Source of the DNA: Promethearchaeota archaeon
GTDB taxonomy: Archaea; Asgardarchaeota; Lokiarchaeia; Sigyniarchaeales; SOKP01
Assembly (NCBI GenBank): GCA_048938855.1
Contig: JBHLLT010000001.1
Location: forward strand, 128,001-192,000
DNA length: 64,000 nucleotides
Reading direction: 5' to 3'
The notes under the pieces are model-generated. The model saw only the letters and a list, made by a program, of their open reading frames with translations. It did not search any database and was not told the DNA's origin. Every line of letters begins with the position of its first letter. Within the stretch, counting starts at the first letter, position 1. A program made the translations under genes and the position numbers. Below, one piece after another: positions 41,444-52,100 of this stretch.

Positions 41444-42224
41444 ATACATCATATTCAACAAAATTTCTTATTTTCTTAAGAATCTGATACCTATCTCCCT
41501 CTATTTTTATAAATTTAGGCAACTTACCAGTTTTACCTACTTTATTTTCTCTTGAAATAAAAGCACCTAGTACGCCACTAATTTCATCTATAGCATCTAA
41601 GCCCTTTTTAATAGATTTTTCAATATCCTTTCCCTTAACTATATTAGCAATTTTAGTAGCTGCAGCATCTGCTAAAGCTGCATTTTTAGCAAATATTGTG
41701 ACAGCATCTGCTTGTCCAAAACTTATTGCATGTCCTATTGTTGCTGAACTTGTACCAATTCCAATGGGGCAATCTTCTTTTCTAATTAAAAACCCAAGAT
41801 TAAAGTTCAATTCATTTTCTCCAGCATATAATGCTACCTTAATTGGTCTTTCGCTATCAATTGAGATTTCTCCTCCATTTTCAACTAAAGCAACTTTACA
41901 AGGAGAAGAAGCAAGTTCTTCCTCAGAATCCTGATATTTCATTGAATTACACATTAAATCTGCTAATGCTCCTGCTACAGATGCCATAGGCCCAACATCA
42001 CATATATCTGATACTTCTGCCATAATGTTAATGATTTGGAAATCTGTGTGTACTTTTATTGGAGATAAAGAATTGAGAAAAACTGAATTTTTTGTTACAA
42101 ATTTCACAAGATTCCTTCGGTGGAAGTAAAAACTCTCTTTTGCTTTTAGGATAGCTGTTTTTGAGTCAGATATAATAGAAATGTCTGATTCTTTTTCTGA
42201 AAAATGTGTTTTGTAGGTTTTCAA
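41436..42224 (-). CDS. UPF0280 (ApbE-superfamily) protein
   Basis: VGPMASVAGA, ENGGEI, TSSATIGHAISFG.ADAVT, LADAAAT. Confidence 0.9.
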   Translation of the reverse strand: MKTYKTHFSEKESDISIISDSKTAILKAKESFYFHRRNLVKFVTKNSVFLNSLSPIKVHTDFQIINIMAEVSDICDVGPMASVAGALADLMCNSMKYQDSEEELASSPCKVALVENGGEISIDSERPIKVALYAGENELNFNLGFLIRKEDCPIGIGTSSATIGHAISFGQADAVTIFAKNAALADAAATKIANIVKGKDIEKSIKKGLDAIDEISGVLGAFISRENKVGKTGKLPKFIKIEGDRYQILKKIRNFVEYDVFK

Positions 42225-42332
42225 ATTAAAATCTTAAATTACTTCAATATTACAAGTATAAGGTGTCTAATAACTAAACAAATATAAATAAATAGATTTT
42301 CATTATTAATTTAAAACCAATATTTCTCAAAG

Positions 42333-42824
42333 ATGGAACAAATTAATTACGAGGAAATTATCTCCCAGTTAAAATCTGATTTAAATGCTGAAAGTGCTAT
42401 TGCAAATAAATATGGAATTATCCTAGGCTCATTAATTAAGGAATTCGCTAAAGGAAAAGTCATTCCTCAAGCGATTTTATCCTTGATTGCTAATTCTAAA
42501 GAAATTGCTAATGAATTAAACATGAAAAAGATAAATTCTTTCGCATTAGAGGCCCAAAAATATAATTATTTATTTACTTTTAGCAAAGAATTAATTCTTA
42601 TTTCCAAATTAGATTTAAATGTAAATTTAGCAAAATTCATGCCTAACATTAGTTTGTTTTTAAAAAGATTAAGTGAGAGTATCACAGAAGAGGACATAAA
42701 AAATTTTTCAATGTTTGATTTTTCAAAAGAAGTTGCAAAAATTGAAGAAACATTAGAAGAAGAAAAAGTTAGAAAAGATAAATACTCAATAATAAAAGAT
42801 CTTGTAAAATATATTTCAAAATAA
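42333..42824 (+). CDS. Roadblock/LAMTOR-like domain protein
   Basis: Helix - ESAIANKYGIILGS - helix - three short strands - helix; resembles the roadblock segment of 43819..45876. Confidence 0.5.
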   Translation: MEQINYEEIISQLKSDLNAESAIANKYGIILGSLIKEFAKGKVIPQAILSLIANSKEIANELNMKKINSFALEAQKYNYLFTFSKELILISKLDLNVNLAKFMPNISLFLKRLSESITEEDIKNFSMFDFSKEVAKIEETLEEEKVRKDKYSIIKDLVKYISK

Positions 42825-42864
42825 TATTTTATATTAAAAAAAGAAAGCAAAGTAATATTAAAAC

Positions 42865-43617
42865 TTATTTTCTTTTGCCTTTTGGTTGTTTTTGATTCTT
42901 TAATTCTTCAATTTTTTGATCTTTTATTTTTAATTGAATTTCTACCGTATCGATCCTTTTTTTTATTTTTTCATTCTCTTTCTGCAAATCTTCAATGGTA
43001 TTTTTCTGGGTTTTAATTATATCTTTTTGATTATCTATTTGTTTTTGCATTGAAAAAGCTAACTTCTTTTCAATAAGTTTTTCTTGTTCTTTTAATCTAT
43101 CATTAAATTCATTTAAGTCAATATGCTCTCTTTGTAAATTGTGGATTATTGATTTTTGTTTGTTTACTTTATCTTGCAATTCCTTTACTAAGATCTCCAA
43201 TGGTTGATTTTTTCTTAAATCTTCCGTATTAATTACAATCGATGTTGATTTATTTTTTCTTTTTATTGTTTCAAGTTCTTGTTGGAGTTGTACTTTTTCT
43301 TTCCTTAAAAAGCCCATTCTATTTTTTAGATCTCTTATTTGTCTCTCGTTTTCTTCTATTTCTAGAGCCATTTTAGATTCAATTAATTTCTGTTTCTTAC
43401 TTTTATTATCATCATCCTCGTCTGGAAATAATGACTCCAGTTTCATAATTTGATCTTCCAGATTTTCTATCACTTCTAGATATTCAGAAATTTCATTTTC
43501 TTTCTTATTAAGCTCTGCTTCAAGTTCGTTAATTCGAGCCTTTAAAGCTTTAATTTCATTATTGGAACACTCATTCTTATCAGATAAATCTTCTGTCAAT
43601 TTTTGAAGAAACCCCAA
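42865..43617 (-). CDS. Coiled-coil protein
   Basis: Continuous E/K/Q/L heptad-type composition, basic C-terminus KQPKGKRK. Confidence 0.7.
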   Translation of the reverse strand: MGFLQKLTEDLSDKNECSNNEIKALKARINELEAELNKKENEISEYLEVIENLEDQIMKLESLFPDEDDDNKSKKQKLIESKMALEIEENERQIRDLKNRMGFLRKEKVQLQQELETIKRKNKSTSIVINTEDLRKNQPLEILVKELQDKVNKQKSIIHNLQREHIDLNEFNDRLKEQEKLIEKKLAFSMQKQIDNQKDIIKTQKNTIEDLQKENEKIKKRIDTVEIQLKIKDQKIEELKNQKQPKGKRK

Positions 43618-43818
43618 ATTTATTTTATACTTTAAATAAATTATCTTAATACAGATATTAAAATTTTATTTAACTAGATTATATCATTTAATCTTTTTTA
43701 CTTGTAATTAATTGATATTTTTTGATTTTTATATGATCGTTTAGTACATGAAGAGGGATATTTAGATATTTAAGAAACGATTAAGTTTATTTTTGAAAAA
43801 GTATATATGTTAAGAGCA

Positions 43819-45876
43819 TTATTTTACAGATACTAAAAATCTATAAGCCATAGAAAAGAAGGATTCATTAACATTTTCACCAGTTTTAGCAGAAGTAAGA
43901 ATATATTGAAAGTCATAATGATTTGCTAATTTTTTTATTTGGCTTTCACTGATAACAATTTCATCTTCTAAATCAGATTTATTTCCTACTATGATAGTAT
44001 TAACTACCTTTCCAATAAACCTGGTTATTTCATAATTCCATTTCTGAATTGACTCTAAACTATCCTGTTTTGTTCTATCTATAACTATAAATGCTGCATT
44101 GGCCCCCTCATAGAATCTTTTTCTATATGGACTCATTTGCTGGATTTGCCCTCCAACATCCCATATAGCAAAGTTTACTTTTGTATTTTTACCTAATTCT
44201 ACGGTTTTTTTAGAAATTTCTACTCCTACAGTACTCTGATAACTCTCTTTAAAAAGGTTTTTTACGAAGCGAAATATTAGTGAAGTTTTGCCCACTTTAT
44301 AGTCTCCTACTAATATCAGCTTTAAAGAATATTCACCCCTAGGTATTTTTCCATCCTTAGTTTTAGATAAAGTTTTTACTATTTCAGGAATTTCAAGAGA
44401 GACATTTTCATTCCCCTCTAGGATCATTTCTATTTTTCCTGCTATATGTTCTGAGAAAACTCTTAATTCGGTATCTGAGCTAGATAAATCTGAAATTGTT
44501 AACAAAATTGATTTTAATCCCATTGAACAATAAGAAAACTTTTTATCACTAATAGTCGTAATATTAAAAAAACTGGTTTGTTCTTCAAATTCTTTCTTTA
44601 TTCGATCTATATAACTATCAACCGAAGCAGCTATTGCTCCCAATACAGTCTCATCTCCTGCTTCTCCTTTACTCTCCGAAGTAATAATTAATCCTTCTCT
44701 ATCACATATAATTACAGCAATTATACTTTCAAGATTATCCATAAAATTTTTAATAAGAATTTTTAAACTAGTTTCTAGGTTTGATAATCCTTGATATTGA
44801 TTATCCTGACTTAAGGATGGAATACCTAAATTAGTTTTGATATCAGATAATTCAATCTTTCTGATACTTTCTTTCATTTTCAATTGCATTCGATAAAATG
44901 GTTCAGTATTATCTCCTAATTTTGATGAAATATCAATTAATTTGTTTAAAAGGTTGTCTACAGACTTAAGATTCTCATTCTTTATTGTATCTTCTAATTC
45001 ATTAATAAGTTTTTCTTTTTGAAAAAATAAATCCATTAATGGTAAAATGTTTTCTTTCATCATCAGAATCTCTGAGATTAAGAGAATTAGTTTATTTTTG
45101 TAATTAGAATCTATTCCAATAATTGGATATGAGTCTAATTCTAAAATCTCCTGGACTCTTGATACAGCAAGAGCATTTTCTAAATCTTGTTTATTTGCTA
45201 TTGCTATTGTATAGGCATATGGAACTTCTTCTTCTATTTTTTTTAAAAATAGTCTAGATTCTTCTGCATTTTTTAATGTAGAATCTGTAATTATAAATAC
45301 AGCATCGCTATCTCTAATAAAATTATTCCATAAAAATCCAATTTTCTCATCACCAGTAAAATCACGAATATAAAAGTATAAAGGCCCCACTTTTAATGTA
45401 GCAATTTCTGCTGAAATCTGAGGTTTGTTTTCTATAAAAATTTCGTTTGTTCTAAGAAGATTAGTAATCGTGGTTTTTCCCACTCCAGAATATCCAACTA
45501 AAGAAATAATGGGAGGAAATTTATTTTGAATCGTGTAAATTAATCGATCAATTTTTTCGATATGTTTTTCATCATCAAAAGAAAAGGAATCTGTTTCAAT
45601 TAATTCAAGAAAATCATCTTTAAACCTAATTATTTCCTTTTTAACTTTTTCAAAAGGATTATTCATAGTATTGATGAATATGAATAAAAAACTGTTTTTT
45701 AAGGCATAAGTAGTTCTAAATTTATAATAATCTTTAAATTCAACATCTTCAATTACACTAGACTCCTCTATAAGTGGTTTTATTAATTCTTCAACCAATA
45801 CATCATCTAAAGCGATTCCAAAACGTTTTACATAAATTTGGCTTTTATCTTTGTATATATACACTTCTTGTAAAAT
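43819..45876 (-). CDS. Multidomain GTPase: longin-like + Arf-like GTPase + helical + roadblock + Rab-like GTPase
   Basis: GYSGVGKTT/DFTG/NKQD; IIAVIICDREGLII (roadblock); GDYKVGKTS/STVG/WDVGGQ/NKSD/TSAKTG. The start is the GTG at 45864 or possibly the ATT at 45876. Confidence 0.85.
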   Translation of the reverse strand: MLQEVYIYKDKSQIYVKRFGIALDDVLVEELIKPLIEESSVIEDVEFKDYYKFRTTYALKNSFLFIFINTMNNPFEKVKKEIIRFKDDFLELIETDSFSFDDEKHIEKIDRLIYTIQNKFPPIISLVGYSGVGKTTITNLLRTNEIFIENKPQISAEIATLKVGPLYFYIRDFTGDEKIGFLWNNFIRDSDAVFIITDSTLKNAEESRLFLKKIEEEVPYAYTIAIANKQDLENALAVSRVQEILELDSYPIIGIDSNYKNKLILLISEILMMKENILPLMDLFFQKEKLINELEDTIKNENLKSVDNLLNKLIDISSKLGDNTEPFYRMQLKMKESIRKIELSDIKTNLGIPSLSQDNQYQGLSNLETSLKILIKNFMDNLESIIAVIICDREGLIITSESKGEAGDETVLGAIAASVDSYIDRIKKEFEEQTSFFNITTISDKKFSYCSMGLKSILLTISDLSSSDTELRVFSEHIAGKIEMILEGNENVSLEIPEIVKTLSKTKDGKIPRGEYSLKLILVGDYKVGKTSLIFRFVKNLFKESYQSTVGVEISKKTVELGKNTKVNFAIWDVGGQIQQMSPYRKRFYEGANAAFIVIDRTKQDSLESIQKWNYEITRFIGKVVNTIIVGNKSDLEDEIVISESQIKKLANHYDFQYILTSAKTGENVNESFFSMAYRFLVSVK

Positions 45877-46181
45877 AATGTAACACCAAAAATTTCGACT
45901 TTTAAATTAATATATATTAATATAAATATATTATTTCTGAATGAAAAATTTAATCTTTCTATTTATTTTTAATAAAGTGTTTATTTCTAATTGCTAAAAT
46001 TAGGAATTATGTTTCTCTTTTTAATGGTAAAAACATATTTATTGTATATTTATTAATCCTCAAGCAAATTGGTTTCTATACATGCAAGATCCTCTAAATA
46101 TAAATACTTATAATATCTATCAATTTATTAAAGCTATTTTGTATTTATCTAAATTTAATAAAAACAAAAACTATCTCTAAA

Positions 46182-49100
46182 ATGAAAATCTACAGAAAAT
46201 TATCAGAGTATAAAATAAACTCATTATTAATTTTACTGATATTTCTTATTATTCCAGCAATTCTTAGTACACCCTTATTAACGTTTCAAACCTCTCAAAG
46301 AAATGAGGATGAAGAAAATATTATAACACCAAAATTGAGTTCACCATCTCATGCTAACTATTTTTCTTTCTATAAAGAAATAACGATTGATCACAATAAA
46401 GTTGCAGGATCAAGTACTTATACAGATTTTCCAGTTCTAATTTCAATTACAGATACAGATTTACGAGTTAAAAGTCAAGTTGACGGAGATGATATTGCAT
46501 TTGCTTATGATAATAATTGGTTAGATCATGAAATTGAATTATTTGATCAAGCTTTCAATTCAACTCATGCTAGATTAGTTGCGTGGGTTCTAGTCCCTTC
46601 TTTGTCTGGTATTACTGACACAGTTATCAGAATGTATTATGGTAATTCAACTATGAATTCCCAACAAAATCCTTCGGGAGTATGGATAAAAGATTATAGA
46701 GGTGTTTGGCATTTAGATGAACAAACTGGTGGAACAGATGCTATAATTGATTCAACTTCATATTCAAATGATGGAACAGACGTCAATAGCCCTCAGCTTG
46801 GTCAAAATGGTCAGATTTATGACTCTGTGGGGTATACTGATTCTTCAGGGCAGAGAATTCAAGTTGCTGATGATACAAGTTTAGATATCTCCAATGAACT
46901 GACTGTGGAAGCATGGATAAATCCAAGTTATAATAACAAATGGATGACCATAGTAAGTAAAATGGCTGGGTCATGGGGAGGTGGATTATTATCCGATTTT
47001 GACATTTATGTTGCAGTTAATGATTGGGGGACTTTCGATATTGGACTTGCAAACCCTTCAGATTCATATAATGAATGGCAGTCTTCTGTATATTTTTCTA
47101 CTGGAACTTGGCAACATTTTGTCTTTACTTATCAAAGCTCAACTTCAATGGGGCGAATTTTTGTAAATGGTGTATTTATGGAATCACACGATTTTGGAAT
47201 TGGAACAATTGGTACGAATGGAAATCCTTTTTATATTGGTTTTAATAGAGGATGGACGGGAGAAGTTTTTGATGGATTAATTGATGAGGTTCGAATTTCA
47301 AGTATACCTCGGTCATCTGGATGGATATACACCGAATATCAAAATCAAAATGATCCTAGTTCATTTTATTCAATTGGATCAGAGAAAATTGTAGCTTCAA
47401 CACCACCTAATGCTGATTTTTTTACATTCTATAAAATTATCTCAATTGATCATAATAGAGTAGCAGGAACTGGCAGTCATAGTAATTTTCCAATCCTATT
47501 ATCTTTGATTGATAATGATTTAAGATATCATACTCAATCAGATGGTGATGATATAGCTTTTTCAATTGGAGGTGATTGGTTAGATCATGAAATTGAGCTC
47601 TTTAATCAATCTTATAGTGCTACTCATGCTCAACTCATCGTATGGGTTCAAGTACCATTTTTATCTACAAGCACAGATACAATAATCACTATGTATTATG
47701 GTAATTCTACCATGAGTTCCAGAGAAAATCCGAATGGGGTATGGAGTTCAGATTATGTAGATGTGTTGCATTTAAAGGAAGACCCATCAGGAACCATATA
47801 TGATAGCACCTCTTATTCTAATGATGGTAGTTGTTTGGGATCTATGAATTCTTTAGATTTGATACCGAGTAAAATTGGCGAGGGCTTTGAATTAGATGGA
47901 GTTGATGATATGATTAGTGTTTCAGAAAGTTCTAGTTTGGATTCGATTAGTGATGGGGGCACTTTATCAATATGGGTAAAATGGGTTGATCCAACTGCCG
48001 GAAGATACCAACGTGTGATGACTACTAGTAATAGATTCCTTGCTAATCCGACTCCTCCACCTACACTCATCCAAAGTGATGGTTTTGAATGGGCTGTACA
48101 ACCTGATGGAGATCATTTTTTTTATCCCTGGGGAGGAGATAGCATAGATTATAATCTTGCTATAAATCCTTTTGCTAATAGTTATTGGCATTATCTTGTG
48201 TTAACTCTTAAATATTCAACAAAAAGTGTAATAATTTATTTAAATGGATCAGCTTTAAGTCTTTATACAGAAAATGTACCAACCCATTGGACCCAATTAG
48301 CTAATCTTGATGATTGGTTATGGGGTGGAAATAACATCGCAACTGGCGATCAGTTTCAAGGAATATTTGATGAAATCAGAGTTTCTAACGTAGCGCATTC
48401 AAGTGATTGGATATTAACTGAATTTAATAACCAAAATGACCCAGCTTCATTCTATTCGATTGGAGCAGAACAACTTGTTTTAACTAATCCAGTACATAGT
48501 AATTTTTTCAATTATTATAAGATAATTACTATTGATCATACAAAAGTTAATGGAATAGGGAGTCATATTAATTTTCCCCTTTTAATATCACTTTTGGATG
48601 AAGATTTACACTATGATGTACAAACTGATGGATATGATATTGCCTTTGCTTCAGATGGTAAATGGTTAGATCATCAAATAGAAAGCTTTAATCAAGATTA
48701 CAGTGGAACTGAAGCGGAATTAATTGTTTGGGTTCGGATTCCTTTCTTATCCACGGCTTTTGATATAAATATTACTATGTTTTATGGAAACTCTACAATG
48801 AGCTCACGAGAAAATCCCTCTGGTGTATGGATCTCTGATTATGTTGGTGTTTGGCATTTAACTGAAGACCCTTCAGATACTCCGCCACAGATAAAAGATA
48901 GTACAGAACCTCCTACTGATGGTTCATCATCTGGAACCATGTCTTCTTCAGATCAAGTTACAGGAATAATTGATGGTGCTTTAGATTTTGACGGATTTGA
49001 CGACTATGTTGATTTTGGAAACACAGGTGAAGTACAAATTACAGGAGAATTTACTGTTCAAGCATGGTTCAAAGCAGACATTTTTATAGATAATGATTAT

Positions 49101-52100
49101 TTAGTTGCAAAACATGATGGATCTGGTTTTCGAGGGTGGGATCTTAGTCTTGATGATGATCCTGGTATCAATCCTGATGGGTGGATAATGTTTAGATACT
49201 CACCTGATGGAACTAATATGGTTACAACAGGTTATGAAAGAGTAACAGTTGGTAAATGGTATCAAGTTGTAGGTATTTTTAAACCAAATGATTATTCGAA
49301 GTTTTTTTTAAACGGTACGCAAGTAGCTATAACAACAACTGGCGTTCCATCATCTATGAATGATCCCCCATACCCTTTACGTATTGCGAGAAGATCTGAT
49401 AGTTCTGCTTCTTGGTTCGACGGAATTATCGATGAAGTAAGAATTTCTAATGTAGCTCGTTCAAATGGTTGGATTACGACGGAATATAACAACCAATTTG
49501 ATCCTCTTTCTTTTTATTCTGTAGGATTAGAACAAACATCGAAACCCATGATATATGTAGATGCTCAAATTAATGCATTGGATTTATATGGTAATTTACT
49601 TCCAAATGTAACAATTTCAATGTATAAATTTACTCAATTAATAGAACGAGGCATCACTAATATTAACGGCATTGTAAGTTTCACTAACATTATTGAAGGG
49701 GACTATAATTTTACCGCAACCATTCGTTCAAATCTCGGGGATATTGTTGAAATTGTCAATTCAACATCTCAAGCAATTATGCTTGATCAACCATTTCAGA
49801 CCGTTGATTTAGTTTGCGATGTGAGTAGTCATTTCTTTGAAATAATTGATTTGGATCTTAACCCTGTTGAATCGGGATGGATAATAGTCGGGAACGCTAC
49901 ACATCCGCTTCAAAAGTGTATAATCGATCCCACAGGGCACACTACATTTTGGTGGGTCAATGTCTCTCCTTCTACCTACAATTACACGATCTACTATAAA
50001 AACCCTAATTATAACCCTCCTATAATTGAACTTGCTTCAGGCGACATAACTACTGTTAATGCGACCATTCAAGTGCAAGTCGAATTAACCACCGTAGGAT
50101 TAATTGTACAAACTATTAATGCACCTATTACGCCTGTTAGTGGCGCGAAACTTAAACTGACTCTAAACAATCCATTAGGACCAAGTATTGTAAATTTAAC
50201 CACGAATATAAATGGGCAAGCAAATTTAAGGTGGTTAACGTCCTTAGAGATTGGGGGGGATTATTCACTTCAAATTGAATTTTTTGGAGCTAATAAACTC
50301 TTTAATCAATCAGTTGGAGGTCCCGCTGAAGTTAATAATATTAGTTTCACAGTAACAAATCAAGATTACCTAGAATTTAGAATTTTAATTGATTTGAGTA
50401 AATTTCAAACTGAATTAATATCATTGAATCCAACAGATTATATTGAGGTCGAGTGGGGCACATTATTGAAGCTAAGGATGTTATTTAATGTGAGTAAAGT
50501 AGAAGTAGGGTATGAATCTCTTTTGGGACCAGTTTATGCAGACTCAATGAGTTATACTTTATTATTAGGGGGGAGTACTGTAATATCAGGAGCATTTTCC
50601 ATGGAAGAAAATAATGAAGGGAGGCATTTTGTAGATATTGATACCAAACTACTTGATAGTGCCGAGAGCTATATAATTATAATATCAGCCTATAAATCAG
50701 GATACACCATTCCTTCTGATAAAATATTTCAGCTAAATATTTTAGAAAATGAAGTAGAATTAAATCAATCAAGCAACGATGATTCAGATACACAAACCTA
50801 TTGGTCGGAAAATGTGGATATAACTTTAAATTCTTATGGCAGTAATTCTGAAACTCTTACTGTAGAAAATTTGGTCTTCCAAAGTATCGATCACGAATTT
50901 GATTTCTTAATTTCTGATATAGAAACTCATTGGAATTTATCAAAGATTGTATTAAATCTTTATAATATCTCTTGGAATGTTGGTATTACTGATATTAATG
51001 TTACAATCGAAGATCCTTATGGATATATTTACTTTTTCGATAATTCTACTCATCTTGGATGGGATTATGCTCAAGGTACATGGACAGGAATCGTTTTAAA
51101 TCTAAATAGAGCCAGTCGCACGAATGATAATAAGTTTGAGTTTCTCATCAGCGGAACCTTTGATAATACTATTGATATTATTGCAGATGCTTATTTTATC
51201 AGAGATAAAATAAATGTACAATATTCAAAATTCAATATCAGCAACGAAATTTCCCTTCTAACTAAAGGAGAAGGATGGGTTATTAGTAATATCACTTTTG
51301 AAATTTTTGACTGTTATGATAGTTCCGATTGGAGCGTCGTAGATTTAAGTTTAACTGACCTAAACATTACTACCAACGAGGGGTTCACATATTCATTAGA
51401 TTATGGGTATCCAGATGGAACTGGTCTCTTAAGCATTGCCGATTCCTTTATATACCCTATAGGAAATCAATTCTTATTTACAGTTGAAACGGATCCTAAT
51501 ATCATCTTTAACGCCATTATTAAGGTGGAATATATTCAAGGTTTTTATAGGAATCAATTTTTAGAAACTTTAAATTGTACAAAAACAGAACGAGGGATTA
51601 CAAATGGAGGGTCGTTTCAAATAAGTGCTTCCGGGAGTAACTGGAGTGAACATGAAGCTATATTATGGATTAAAAACATAAAAAGTGGTCCAACTTATTA
51701 CTTTCCCTCTGAGATTGCAATGAATATCACGATTGGAGGGCAAAAATATAGTATTTCGGATTATGCTTCAGGAATAGGGACTTTATCACTTTCAGGATTC
51801 TCTAAAGAACAACTCTTACATGCAGTTATTGAAACCTCTTTAATGGTGGATTTTACTCTTTTACTTTCAATTCAATATTCACGATTAGCCTCTTATGAAA
51901 TAATTGGTTCATTAATTTATACTATTGTTGAAGCCCCTTCTATTTATGGTTCAGTGCAATATGATTCAGATTTGGGATATTATCTAAAGACAATCGATAC
52001 TTCTTTACTTGATGCTGATGAATACACTGTTAGATTCACGGTAAATAAACCCCATTATAAGATGACCGCTAAAGATTTTAAATTAATCGTCTTAAATCGC

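Noticed and set aside
42865-43617. SMC, ESCRT-III or intermediate-filament assignment for the coiled-coil protein
   Set aside because: Only a generic heptad composition is visible, with no diagnostic motif.
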